Assembly: GCA_963763775.1 (NCBI GenBank) | Contig: CAVXPZ010000003.1 | Location: forward strand, 640,001-704,000 | Reading direction: 5' to 3' | Length of the DNA stretch: 64,000 nt | From: an uncultured Chloroflexia bacterium | Lineage (GTDB): Bacteria; Chloroflexota; Limnocylindria; Limnocylindrales; CSP1-4 | The notes under the pieces: model-generated | What the model was told of the DNA's origin: nothing | Seen by the model: only the letters and a program-made list of their open reading frames with translations | The model's database searches: none | In this document: positions 11,311-21,271 of the stretch, one piece after another | Position numbering within the stretch: the stretch's first letter is position 1 | Layout: every line of letters starts with the position of its first letter | Translations under genes and position numbers: made by a program

Positions 11311-12711
11311 TCAGCCTCGCTCGAGGTACCGCTCGCGGTCCCAGGGGTGGACGATGGAGTCGTACGTCTCCTGCTCCACCTTTGCCGCGTTGAGGTAGTG
11401 GTCGACCACGTCCTGGCCGAGGATCTCGACCGCCGCCTCCGAGCGCTCGAGCTCCCAGATCGCCTCGTACAGCGCGCGCGGCATGCGCTGGACGCCGGTG
11501 GCGAGGTAGCCGTTGCCCTTGAATTCCGCGTCCAGCGGCAGTTCGTGCTCGATGCCGTAGAGCCCGGCGCCCATCATCGCGGCGTACGTCAGGTAGGCGT
11601 TCATGTCGCCGCCCGGGAACCGGTCTTCGACGTGGAGCGCCGGACCGCGACCTACGAGCCGGAACCCGGTGGTGCGGTTGTCTCGGCCCCAGACGACGTT
11701 GACGGGCGCCCAGGACAGCGACGCGTAGCGCTTGTACGAGTTGATGAACGGCGCGATGAACACGGCCAGCTCGCGCGAGAGCTTCATCATCCCGGCCACG
11801 AAGTGCTGGCCGACCTCCGAGAGGCCGTAGGGGCCGGCGGGGGCACCTTCGGCTGCGTGCATCAGCGGAACGTCCTTGACCGCGTCCCACAGGCTCATGT
11901 GCAGGTGCCCGGATGACCCCGTCCAGTGGTGGTCCGGCTTGGCCATGAAGGTGATGCCCCATCCGTTGAGATAGGCGATCTCCTTGGCGCCGTGCTTGAA
12001 GACGACGCTCCGGTCGGCGGATTCGAGGACGTGGTCGTAGCGGATGTTGACCTCGTGCTGGCCGTTGGCCGCCTCGCCCTTGCTGAACTCGATCGGCACG
12101 TCGGCGGCGGTCATCTGATTGCGCAGGAGCCGATGGAGCGGCTCGGCCTTCGTCGCCTGGAGGAGGTGGTAGTCCTCGTTGTAGTGGCCGAACGTCTTCG
12201 GGACTGGCCAGCCTCGATCCGCGAGGTCCTCCCAGGAGTCCTTGAGGACGTAGAACTCGAACTCGGAGCCGGCCTTGAGGGCGTACCCGGCCTTGGCCGC
12301 GCGCTCGACCTGTCGCTTGAGGATCGTCCGCGGCGCGACCGGGATCTCCAGCCCTGTCTCCTCGTCGATGGCGTCGGCAAGGACCATCGCGGTTCCGGGC
12401 AGCCACGGCAGGACCCGCAGCTGGTCCCAGATCGGCTCGGCGATCCAGTCGCCGTAGCCGGTCTCCCAGTTCATGAGCTTGAAGCCCTCGGGGGTGTTCA
12501 TCTCCATGTCCGTGCCCAGGAGGTACGTGCAGAAGTGGGCGCCGTGCGAGATGACGCCGTCCAGGAAGGCCTGACCCTGCACGCGCTTGCCCATCAAGCG
12601 GCCCTGCATGTCGGTGATCGCGACGACGATCGTGTCGATCTGGCCGTCGCGGACCATCTCTTCGAGTTCCACGAGGCGATGGTGCTTGGTGGCGTGCTCG
12701 TGGTCGCTCAT
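11311..12711 (-). CDS. Glutamine synthetase-like gamma-glutamyl-amine ligase (GlnA4-like)
   Basis: DMQGRLMGKR, EFEF, GQHEVN, TFMAKP, GSSGHLH, NSYKR, WGRDNRT, EDRFPG; N-terminus resembles actinobacterial GlnA4. Confidence 0.88.
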   Translation of the reverse strand: MSDHEHATKHHRLVELEEMVRDGQIDTIVVAITDMQGRLMGKRVQGQAFLDGVISHGAHFCTYLLGTDMEMNTPEGFKLMNWETGYGDWIAEPIWDQLRVLPWLPGTAMVLADAIDEETGLEIPVAPRTILKRQVERAAKAGYALKAGSEFEFYVLKDSWEDLADRGWPVPKTFGHYNEDYHLLQATKAEPLHRLLRNQMTAADVPIEFSKGEAANGQHEVNIRYDHVLESADRSVVFKHGAKEIAYLNGWGITFMAKPDHHWTGSSGHLHMSLWDAVKDVPLMHAAEGAPAGPYGLSEVGQHFVAGMMKLSRELAVFIAPFINSYKRYASLSWAPVNVVWGRDNRTTGFRLVGRGPALHVEDRFPGGDMNAYLTYAAMMGAGLYGIEHELPLDAEFKGNGYLATGVQRMPRALYEAIWELERSEAAVEILGQDVVDHYLNAAKVEQETYDSIVHPWDRERYLERG

Positions 12712-12753
12712 CGGAACCTCACTGGACGTCGTTCTCCCGTTGACGGCGATGGT

Positions 12754-12789
12754 ACGAGGGCCGCCCGGCGGATGCCGGCCGGCCCTCGT
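12754..12789. terminator. GC-rich hairpin between permease and GS-like gene
   Basis: ACGAGGGCCG...CGGCCCTCGT inverted repeat with inner CCGGC-GGAT-GCCGG. Confidence 0.5.
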
Positions 12790-12818
12790 GGTTCGGAGCG
12801 GGGGTCAGTCGGCGGCGA

Positions 12819-14501
12819 TCACGCGCCGGTGCCACCCACCTGGCCGGCCGCCTGGTCGAACTCGCGCTCGATCTCGGTGAGCTCGGCCGAGTCGCCCATG
12901 ACGCGCGGCCCCTTGAAGGACCGCCGGGCAAAGGCGAAGTAGTACACGACGAGGAAGATCAGCACGCCGATCATGAACGGGAAGCTGATGTTCCCCGATG
13001 TCGGCCAGCTGAACAGGATCATGAGGACGATGACCCAGAACACGGCGATCCAGGCGACCGGTCGCGACCAGCGGCCCAGGCTCCAGACCCGTTCCTTCTG
13101 CCACTCGTCGGTCGTCGCGCCGAGGTAGATGCAGATCCCGTACGCGGCATACAGGAAGATGGTGCTGATGGCCGTGACGATGATGATCGCGGTGCCGCCG
13201 CCGACGATGCCGGCGAGGACCGTGAAGACGAACGCCACGACGACGATCGCCGTCAGCGAGTTCGCCGGGGTCCGGTAGCGATGCGAGACCTTCTTGAGCC
13301 AGCCCGCACCCGGGAGGCCGTCATCACGGCTGAAGGCGAAGAGCATCCGGCCGGCCGAGGCCACCGACGACAGGCCGCAGAACGCCATCGCGATCGCGAT
13401 CGCGGCGGCCAACAGGTCGCCGATCTGGCCGAGGTTGTACTGGAGGATCGAGATCACGGCCACCCCGCCGCCGAAGTAGTACTGGCTCGAGGCCGGGAGG
13501 GTCGTGTCGTCGAGCACCTTCGGGAACAGCGTCGAGAGGTCCGGCAGGTGCGTGGTGAGGGCGACGAGGAAGATGAAGCCGACCACGGCCGAGACCGCGA
13601 CCGCGAGGAACAGGCCCCAGGCGCTCGCGACGCGGGCGCTGACGGTCTCCTCGGCGACGTGCGCGGACGCGTCGTAGCCGGTGTACGTCCAGTTCGCGAG
13701 CAGGAGCGAGAAGAAGAAGGCCAGGATCAGGGGGTAGGAGATCGCCGGTCCGTAGTCCAGCGTCACCGGGCCGAGCGCGTTCTGCCAGCTTCCCGCGACG
13801 TCCTGCGGCTGGATCGCGAAGAGCGTGAGGCCGGAGACGTCCGGCTTGCCCGCCGCGAAGACGAGGATCACGACCGCGGCCACGATCGCGATGTGCCACC
13901 AGACGCTCACCTGGTTGAGGATCGCGACGATGTTGATGCCGGCGATGTTGATGACGAGCTCGATGAGCATCAGGATGCCCATCGTCAGCAGCTGGCCGGT
14001 GATGACGGCCGTGTCGCCCGCGGCGATCAGGACCGACGTGTTGTCGTAGGTGATGCCGGCATTCGACAGGAGCGGCGTGATGATCGTGGCGTTGAGGAAC
14101 GCGGCGGCGGCGAAGTTGATGCCGGCCACGATGGCGAACTGCCCGACGAGGTTGAACCAGGCCGTCCACCAGCCCCAGTGCTTGTTCTTCATCCGGCTGG
14201 CCCAGTAGTAGAGGCCGCCGGCGGTCGGATAGGCCGAGGCGATCTCCGACATGGACGCCGCGATCAGCAGCACGAAGACCGTGACCAGCGGCCATCCGAT
14301 CATGACCGCGGCGGTCCCGGCCCACGCGAGGCCGTAGTCGTAGAGGATGACCGCGCCGGTCAGGATGCTGATGATGCTGAAGCTGATCGCGAAGTTGCTG
14401 AAGCCGCCCATCGAGCGCAGCAGCTCTTGCGCGTAGCCGAGCTTGTGCAGGTCCGCGGTGTCCTGCTTGATGACGTCTTCCCGGGAACGACCTTGTGTCA
14501 T
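12819..14501 (-). CDS. APC-superfamily amino acid/amine permease
   Basis: LGYAQEL, FSNFAISFS, SAYPTAGGLYYW, GYDASAHVAEET, FSRD; many TM helices; RBS GGAGG before ATG 14501. Confidence 0.92.
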   Translation of the reverse strand: MTQGRSREDVIKQDTADLHKLGYAQELLRSMGGFSNFAISFSIISILTGAVILYDYGLAWAGTAAVMIGWPLVTVFVLLIAASMSEIASAYPTAGGLYYWASRMKNKHWGWWTAWFNLVGQFAIVAGINFAAAAFLNATIITPLLSNAGITYDNTSVLIAAGDTAVITGQLLTMGILMLIELVINIAGINIVAILNQVSVWWHIAIVAAVVILVFAAGKPDVSGLTLFAIQPQDVAGSWQNALGPVTLDYGPAISYPLILAFFFSLLLANWTYTGYDASAHVAEETVSARVASAWGLFLAVAVSAVVGFIFLVALTTHLPDLSTLFPKVLDDTTLPASSQYYFGGGVAVISILQYNLGQIGDLLAAAIAIAMAFCGLSSVASAGRMLFAFSRDDGLPGAGWLKKVSHRYRTPANSLTAIVVVAFVFTVLAGIVGGGTAIIIVTAISTIFLYAAYGICIYLGATTDEWQKERVWSLGRWSRPVAWIAVFWVIVLMILFSWPTSGNISFPFMIGVLIFLVVYYFAFARRSFKGPRVMGDSAELTEIEREFDQAAGQVGGTGA

Positions 14502-14767
14502 CGATACCTCCCTCACTCGAGTGGCCGACCCTCCCTCAGGGCCGGACCGGTGGCGGCGGCAGCGGCCCAGGCGGGGCGCCGCGCGCGAACGCGGGGACGT
14601 GCGGGGATGACGCTGGGAAGCGGTGGGCGGCCGGGGCGGCCGCGTGGGCGCTCGACGATCCGAGACGCCGGTCGGTCGCGTGCCCTCCTTTCTCCTCCCA
14701 CGAGTGACCTCGGGACGAGATGTGCGGGACTATACGCGTTCGCCGATGGGCTTCGGAAGCCCCTCGG

Positions 14768-15550
14768 TCAGTAGAGCATCGTCGTCCCGGTGGGAAAGAC
14801 GAAGTCGAAGGCCGACGGTTGCAGCGGAGCGTCCGGCGCGAAGTCGACGACCTCCGCGTGCCGGGTGACGGCGCCACCGATCGACTCGGCCAGCCGGAGG
14901 ATGACGCCGGTCTCGCGGTCGACGGCCAGCGACAGGTGGAAGTCGGGCCGGTCTCCGGCAAGCTCGGTGGTCCGCGGGTGGTCGCACGTGACGAGGACAG
15001 CCTCGCGGCCCACGACGACGGCGGTGCCGGTGACGGCGCAACGCCCGGTGGCGAGGACGTTCTGGCAGTACCCGGCCGGGTGGACGAAGGTGTCCGGCAG
15101 CGTCTCGTACGGCAGGGCGGTGACGGGTTCGTAGACCTGGGCGAAACCCGGGAAGTCCGGGTCCGCGAGGCCGCGCGGCCGATTGCGGACCGGCCGCTGC
15201 GTGCCCAGCTTGTGGGCGCCCGCGTAGGTCCGCACGAGGTCGCCATCCGAGACCCAGACCTCGTAGTCCCCCGCGACGATGCCGCCGGCGCGGCTCGTGG
15301 TGACCTTCGCGTCCCCCGGATGTCGCAAGGCCACGTCGAGTGTCGCCAGCTCGTCGCCGCGGGTCGTCGTGGCGCGCTCCTCGATCCGCATCCGCAGGGT
15401 GGCGAACCGAAGCTCAGCGTCGCGCATGAAGTCGAACAGGTCCCCGACGGTGGGCAGGCCCGGCGCCAGCGAGGCGATCTCCGGCGACCGACGGCCATCC
15501 ACGGCGGCGGGCAGGGCGGCGGCGCGATCCCAGAGGCGGGTAGAGGTCAT
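14768..15550 (-). CDS. Hypothetical protein, possible LolA/RseB-like beta-fold, no signal peptide
   Basis: ATG 15550 preceded by TACAAT; WVSDGD...RTY and LAVDRETGVILR...FDFVFP resemble the LolA-like fold. Confidence 0.6.
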   Translation of the reverse strand: MTSTRLWDRAAALPAAVDGRRSPEIASLAPGLPTVGDLFDFMRDAELRFATLRMRIEERATTTRGDELATLDVALRHPGDAKVTTSRAGGIVAGDYEVWVSDGDLVRTYAGAHKLGTQRPVRNRPRGLADPDFPGFAQVYEPVTALPYETLPDTFVHPAGYCQNVLATGRCAVTGTAVVVGREAVLVTCDHPRTTELAGDRPDFHLSLAVDRETGVILRLAESIGGAVTRHAEVVDFAPDAPLQPSAFDFVFPTGTTMLY

Positions 15551-15592
15551 CGCCGCGGATTGTAGCCGCTCCGGCCGCCACGATCGGGGGTC

Positions 15593-15636
15593 TTGACAGC
15601 GGCGCCGGCAGCGTCTATATATCGGCACACGATATA
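15593..15636 (+). promoter_or_regulatory. Sigma70-type promoter with overlapping PadR operator
   Basis: TTGACA(15593)-N17-TATATA(15616); perfect dyad TATATCG-N5-CGATATA at 15618-15636. Confidence 0.8.
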
Positions 15637-15668
15637 GTTTGACGAACGGACAGACCCAGGAGGACCGG

Positions 15669-15995
15669 TTGGCTGGCAACGAGATCCCCGAACTCGGCCG
15701 GTTCGCCGAGCCGTCGCTCTACATCCTGCTCTCGCTGAGCGGCGGTCCGAGACACGGCTACGCGATCATGACCGATGTCGAGGAGATCTCCGGATCGCCG
15801 CTCGGCCCCGGCACGCTCTACGCGGCCCTCGCCCGGCTCGAGGCCCGCGGCCTGATCGAGGCGCTCGAGCCCGTGGACCGGCGGCGGCCGTACCGGCTGA
15901 CGGGGGCCGGCGCGACCACCTTGCGCGCCCAGCTCGAGCAGATGCGCGGGTTCGCGCGGACGGCGCTCGAGCGACTCGGGGGGACGTCGGGATGA
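15669..15995 (+). CDS. PadR-family regulator
   Basis: ILLSL..GPRHGYAI, LGPGTLYAALARLE, RRPYRLT; TTG start after AGGAGG. Confidence 0.92.
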   Translation: MAGNEIPELGRFAEPSLYILLSLSGGPRHGYAIMTDVEEISGSPLGPGTLYAALARLEARGLIEALEPVDRRRPYRLTGAGATTLRAQLEQMRGFARTALERLGGTSG

Positions 15996-16747
15996 GCGCG
16001 CTCATCCGGCTCTATCCGCCCGATTGGCGGGCGCGGTACGAGGACGAGTTCCGGTCGCTGCTCGCGGAGCGTCCACCCGACGTGCGCGACCGCGTCGACA
16101 TCGTGCGCGGCGCGCTCGACGCGCGGATCCGGCCCCAGGTCCGCCGGGCGGCGACCGACCCGGAGCCGGAGACGCCGTCGGCGTCGGTCTCGTCCCGGGC
16201 GCTCGGAGCGTCGACCCTCGCCGGGGGGATCCTGTGGCTCGTGGCCATGGTCGTCGCGATCAACGGCCCGGTCGTGGAGGACGACGGGTCCCGCTATCGC
16301 GACGGGGTCGCCGCGATCCCGTTCACGTTCGCCGCGTTCCTCCTGCTGGGGGCCGGGCTCGTCGGCGTCGCCCGACGTCTCCCGTACGGCGAGGACGTCG
16401 GTGGACTTGCTGCCGCCCTCGCGGCCGTGACCGGGTCGATCTGGGCCTGCATGCCGTGGGTGTTCCCACTCCTCTTCGCGGCATCGGTCGGGTACATCGG
16501 GCTCGCGATCTCGGCCCGCCGGTCCGGCATCATGGGCCGCCCCGACGCCGCGCTGCTGGTCGGCGGGGTCGTCCTCGCGTGGATCTTCGTGGTGCGCGGC
16601 ATGCTCGGCTCGCAGCCGGCCATCGAGCCGGTCCTCGACGGGTTCGTCGTCTTCTGGATCGTGTTCACGACGGTCTGGGTGGCGGTCGGACACACGCTCC
16701 TCGCCAAGCGCCTCGCTCGGACCGCGCCGGCCGGGACCGTTCGGTGA
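15992..16747 (+). CDS. PadR-associated membrane protein
   Basis: LIRLYPPDWRARYEDEF N-terminus typical of PadR partner proteins; about 6 TM helices; ATGA overlap. Confidence 0.8.
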   Translation: MSALIRLYPPDWRARYEDEFRSLLAERPPDVRDRVDIVRGALDARIRPQVRRAATDPEPETPSASVSSRALGASTLAGGILWLVAMVVAINGPVVEDDGSRYRDGVAAIPFTFAAFLLLGAGLVGVARRLPYGEDVGGLAAALAAVTGSIWACMPWVFPLLFAASVGYIGLAISARRSGIMGRPDAALLVGGVVLAWIFVVRGMLGSQPAIEPVLDGFVVFWIVFTTVWVAVGHTLLAKRLARTAPAGTVR

Positions 16748-17150
16748 CGCGCCGCGCGTGGGATCGCCATGGTCGTCGTCGCGGCGGCGGCGGCGGTCGG
16801 TGCCTGCGGCTCCGGCGGGACGACGTCGCCGGCGCCCTGGTGCCTCGCCGGTCGAACCGGTCGCCGGCACACTGACGCTGCTGGCCAAGGACATCGCGTT
16901 CACGCCGAGCCAGGTCTCGATGACCAGTGACACGGCGCTCACGGTGGTCCTCGACAATCAGGATGCGAGTGTCCCGCACGACGCCGTCCTGTTCGGTGGC
17001 GTCGATACGAAGATCGCCGCGACGGACATCGTCGTCGGCGTCGCGCAGGCGCGGTTCTCGATCCCGCCCCTGGTCCCGGGTCAGTACCGCCTGAGCTGCA
17101 CCGTCCACCCGAACATGACCGCGACGCTCACGGTGGTCGCCCCGAGCTGA
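16744..17150 (+). CDS. Cupredoxin-domain lipoprotein (frameshifted N-terminus)
   Basis: MVVVAAAAAVGAC lipobox in one frame; AFTP...PHD...YRLSCTVHPNM copper-ligand motif in ORF 16758..17150. Confidence 0.75.
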
Positions 17151-17176
17151 CGACCGGTCCGGCGAGCAGCTGACGG

Positions 17177-18589
17177 TCAGCCGCCGGTCGGCCCGCCGCC
17201 CAGACCGGGTTCGGTCATCGCCGCCGGGTCGAGCAGGCGATCGAGTTCGGCCTCGTCCATCCCGCGCTCCAGCGCCAGCTCGCGGATCGTCTTCCCGCGC
17301 TTGAACGCGTCCTTCGCCAGGGCCGCCGCCTCGTCGTAGCCGATGACCGGCGCGAGGGCCGTCGCGAGCATCAGCCCCTGCTCCACGAGCGCCGGGCCGC
17401 GATCGGTGGCGGTCAGGCCTTCGACGCAACGAGCGCTGAAGTTCGCCGTCGCGGCCCCCAGCAACTCGATCGACTCGAGCAGCGCCGCCGCCGTGACCGG
17501 GAGCATCACGTTGAGCTCCAGGAACGAACCGGTCTGCCCGAAGGCGACCGTGGCGTCGTTCCCGACGACCCGGGCCACCACCATCGTCAGCGACTCGATG
17601 ATCACCGGGTTCACCTTGCCCGGCATGATCGACGACCCGGGCTGCGTCTCCGGCAGGGCGATCTCCGCGAGCCCCGCACGCGGGCCCATGCCCATCAGCC
17701 GGAGATCGCTGGCGATCTTCCAGAGGCTCAGGGCGATGGCCCGGATCGCCCCGTGGGCGGCGATGGCGGCGTCGAGCGTCGCCTGGGCGTGGAAGTGGTT
17801 CGGCGACTCGCGGACGGCAAGGCCGGTCAGGGTCGAGAGTCTCGCGCACGCCCGGAAGGCGTACTCCGGATGGGCGTTGATCCCCGTCCCGACCGCGGTG
17901 CCCCCGAGCGGGACCGTCAGGAGCTCCGCCTGGGCGGCGCGGGCGCGTCGGAGCGCTTCCTCGACCTGGCCGGCATACCCGCGGAACTCCTGGCCGAGGC
18001 GGATCGGCGTCGCGTCCTGGAGGTGGGTCCGTCCGGTCTTGACGACCGGCCAGAACGCCTGCTCCTTGGCCACGAGCGCGGTGTGGAGGCGTTCGAGCGC
18101 CGGCAGGAGGGCCTCCTCGATCGCGACCGCCGCCGAGAGCTGCAACGCGGTCGGGATCGTGTCGTTGGAGCTCTGACAGCGGTTGACCTCGTCGTTCGGG
18201 TGGACCCGGTGGGCGCCACCCAGGCGGTCCGTCGCCAGGCGCGCCACGACCTCGTTCATGTTGGTGTTCGTGGAGGTTCCCGACCCGGTCTGATAGATGT
18301 CGATGGGGAATTGGTCGTCGTGCCCGCCCTCGGCCACCTCGAGCGCTGCGGCCGCGATGGCCGCCGCGACGTCGGGTGGCAGCAGGCCGAGTCCGCTGTT
18401 GGTCTCGGCCGCGGCGACCTTGACCTGGGCGAGCGCCCGGATGAACCGGTGCGGGAGCCGCTGGCCGGAGATCGGGAAGTTCAGGACCGCCCGCTGGGTC
18501 GAGGCGCCGTACAGCGCATCGGCCGGGACGCGCATCTCTCCCATCGAGTCGCGCTCCGTTCGCGTGTCGCCATCGCTTGATCCGCTCAT
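17177..18589 (-). CDS. fumC: Class II fumarate hydratase
   Basis: RTERDSMGE, YGASTQRA, QTGSGTSTNTN, HPND, GRTHLQDATP, GSSIMPGKVNP. Confidence 0.92.
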   Translation of the reverse strand: MSGSSDGDTRTERDSMGEMRVPADALYGASTQRAVLNFPISGQRLPHRFIRALAQVKVAAAETNSGLGLLPPDVAAAIAAAALEVAEGGHDDQFPIDIYQTGSGTSTNTNMNEVVARLATDRLGGAHRVHPNDEVNRCQSSNDTIPTALQLSAAVAIEEALLPALERLHTALVAKEQAFWPVVKTGRTHLQDATPIRLGQEFRGYAGQVEEALRRARAAQAELLTVPLGGTAVGTGINAHPEYAFRACARLSTLTGLAVRESPNHFHAQATLDAAIAAHGAIRAIALSLWKIASDLRLMGMGPRAGLAEIALPETQPGSSIMPGKVNPVIIESLTMVVARVVGNDATVAFGQTGSFLELNVMLPVTAAALLESIELLGAATANFSARCVEGLTATDRGPALVEQGLMLATALAPVIGYDEAAALAKDAFKRGKTIRELALERGMDEAELDRLLDPAAMTEPGLGGGPTGG

Positions 18590-19496
18590 GGCTCCGATCG
18601 TACGCCGTCCGCCGGACGCTCGAAGCGACGCCGAAACCGGCGCCGCGTGAAGCCGACGGCCTGGTACAGGCCTTCGGACGCCTCGTTGTCGGCCTGCGAG
18701 TAGACCTGGACCGTGGTCGCCCCCGCTTCGAGGTAGCCGCGCAGCCCGTGGGTCAGGAGGGCCCGCCCGAGTCCTCGCCGCTGATGGTCCGGATGCGTCC
18801 CGACCGGCTCGAACTCGCCGACGCGGGCGATCGGGTCCCACCACGCCATCGCGAACGCGGCCAGCGTCCCGTCCGGCGCCTCCACGACCAGGTCGTCCTC
18901 GAAGGCATAGTGGGGGAGGGTCGTCATCCGCTCGTAGTGCTCGACGGTCATCCGCGAGGGCGCGAACGCGGCGCGATGGACGGCCACGCGGGCCGGGATC
19001 TCCCCCGGCCCCTCGACCTGTCGGATCCGGTACCCGTCCGGGACCGCGACGTTGTCGATCGGTCGACGACGGTCGAGACGCTGCTGGAACTGGGAGAGGC
19101 GGATCGGCTCCGCCGACGAACCCGTGGCGATCGAGGGCGGCCGACGTGGCCGGATCGTCCTCCGCCGCCCAGGCATGGAGTGCCCCCGCCGTGGCGGCGA
19201 TCGCGTCGGTCAGGATCGCGTCGAGGAGACCGTCGGCGTCCGCCGGCCGGTCATGGCGGATCTCCCAGTGGACCTGCCCCTGCACGGACCCAGCTCCACG
19301 CCATGGGGTCGCCCGCACCGGCATGCCACAGGCGGAGGTGGTCGGCGAGCGGGGCCGGAGCCGTCAGGGCGTCCCACCACTCGAGATCGCCTGGATGCGA
19401 CGCGACCATCGGGGCCTCGGCCAGCCACGCGTCGGAGAGGATCCGTTCGGCGGATCGGAGGTCGTCCAGGGACGCGGCGGGTCGGGGCGAGATCAC
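18586..19496 (-). CDS. GNAT acetyltransferase (tandem domain; frameshifted)
   Basis: GTG 19496 after TATCCT; HPGDLEWW N-part; EFEPVGTHPDHQRRGLGRAL...LYQAVGF acetyl-CoA motif. Confidence 0.75.
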
Positions 19497-19550
19497 GCTC
19501 GGAGGATACCGGTCGAGGGTGATCCGGCCGTCCTGTCCTAGACTCCGGGT

Positions 19551-20123
19551 GTGACGCCGCCGACCACGCCGACCAGCACCCCGACCACGCCCACCGTGCC
19601 GATCGAGTCCGAGACGTTCCGTCGGGTGATGGGCCACTTCGTCACGGGTGTCACGGTGGTCACGGCGCTCGACGGCGACCGGCCGTTCGGGATCACGGTG
19701 AACGCCCTGAGCTCCGTCTCGCTCGAGCCGCCGCTCGTCATGGTCGCCCTCGACCGCCGGCGGTTCCTGACGCCGATCGTGCGCGCGTCGCGCCGCTACG
19801 CGGTCAACATCCTGGCGGAGGACCAGCAGGAGCTGTCCGACTGCTTCGCCGGCGCGGACGTCACGCCCGGTCGCGACGAGTTCTGTGGGGCCGCCTGGCA
19901 TCCCGGTCCGAGCGGCCTGCCGCTCCTCGACGGGGCGATCGCGACGCTCGAGTGCTCGGTCGTCGAGACGTTCTCGGCCGGTGACCACGACCTCTTCATC
20001 GGCCGCGTCGACTCGCTCCAGAACGAGATCCACCATCCGATGCCGCTGCTCTACTACCGCCGACGCTACCTGCGCGTCGAGCGCGCCGGGACCTCCGAGG
20101 TCGAGGGCAAGCCGGAGGGGTAG
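19551..20123 (+). CDS. Flavin reductase (HpaC/RutF-like)
   Basis: FRRVMGHFVTGVTVVT, SVSLEPPL, AGDHDLFIG, PLLYY. Confidence 0.92.
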   Translation: MTPPTTPTSTPTTPTVPIESETFRRVMGHFVTGVTVVTALDGDRPFGITVNALSSVSLEPPLVMVALDRRRFLTPIVRASRRYAVNILAEDQQELSDCFAGADVTPGRDEFCGAAWHPGPSGLPLLDGAIATLECSVVETFSAGDHDLFIGRVDSLQNEIHHPMPLLYYRRRYLRVERAGTSEVEGKPEG

Positions 20124-20134
20124 CATCGAGCCCG

Positions 20135-20897
20135 ATGCCGACCATCTCCGCCAACGGGCTCCAGATCGGCTACGACGCCGTCGGCGACGGCCCGCCCCTG
20201 GTCGTGCTCCACGGGGCGACGATGGTGCGTCGCGGCCATCTCGACTCCCACCTCGACCGCCTCTCCGCGGCGTTCCGGCTCTATCTGCCCGACGCCCGCG
20301 GGCACGGAGCCACCCGCTGGGATCCGGACGACGGCTTCACGACCGCCCTGCTCGTCGAAGACCTCGTCGCGTTCGCGGACGCGCTGCGCCTCGAGACGTT
20401 CCACCTCCTCGGGTTCTCGCTCGGCGCGAACACCGCGCTCGTGTTCGCGACGGAGCACGCGGACCGCCTCGAGACACTCGTGCTCGTCGGGATCAGCCCG
20501 GAGCGCGAGCCGCGCGCCAGCGTCGCGCGCCGGTTGCTGGACCCCGTCCGGATCGAGCGGGACGATCCGGCGTGGGCCACGCGCCCTGTCCGCACGGCAT
20601 GACGCTGCCCAGGGCGCCGGGGCATGGCGCCGGCTGCTGCCCGCCATCGCCACGGACGTCGCGGAGCAGCCGCTGCTCTCGCCGGCCGAGCTCCATCGGA
20701 TCGACGTCCCGACGCTCGTCGCGTGCGGTGACCGCGACCCCTTCGTCACCGTCGGGCAGGCGTGGGCGCTCGTGCGCGCCCTGCCCGATGGACGGCTGCT
20801 CGTGGCGCCAGAATGCGGACACGAGGTCATGACGGAGCGGCCGGAGGTGTTCGCGGCCGCCCTCGATGCGTTCTACCGCGAGGAGGCGGGCCGATGA
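20135..20897 (+). CDS. Alpha/beta hydrolase (frameshift near 20585)
   Basis: LHG oxyanion motif, DARGHG, GFSLG nucleophile elbow; second frame gives GDRDPF and CGHEV. Confidence 0.85.
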
Positions 20898-21271
20898 CGA
20901 CGCTGCTCGCCATGTTCCGGCGACCCGACGGCGGTCCCGAGGCACTCGCCGAACTCGAGCGCCGCTACGCGGCCGAGCACCTCCCGCTCGTCGCCGGGAC
21001 GCCCGGGCTGCGCGAGACCCGCGTCCGGCGGGTGGAGGCGGCGCTCGGCGGCGAGACGGACCTCGTGCTGATCACGCTGATGCGTTTCGACGACCGGGGA
21101 TCGCTCGACGCGGGGCTCGCGTCCGATGCCATGCGCGCGGCGGGACGGAACCTCCGCGAGATCGCACCAGGGCTGGTGACCCTGCTCGTCGTCGAGGACG
21201 TTCCGGAGATGGACCGGGCGGCTATGCCGGGCGTGGATACTGTCAGCACGACACCCGAGGGAGCCGAGTGA
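20894..21271 (+). CDS. EthD-family protein
   Basis: MTTLLAMFRRP...Y..EHLPLV..TPGL, FDDR..L...LAS; ATGA overlap. Confidence 0.8.
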   Translation: MTTLLAMFRRPDGGPEALAELERRYAAEHLPLVAGTPGLRETRVRRVEAALGGETDLVLITLMRFDDRGSLDAGLASDAMRAAGRNLREIAPGLVTLLVVEDVPEMDRAAMPGVDTVSTTPEGAE

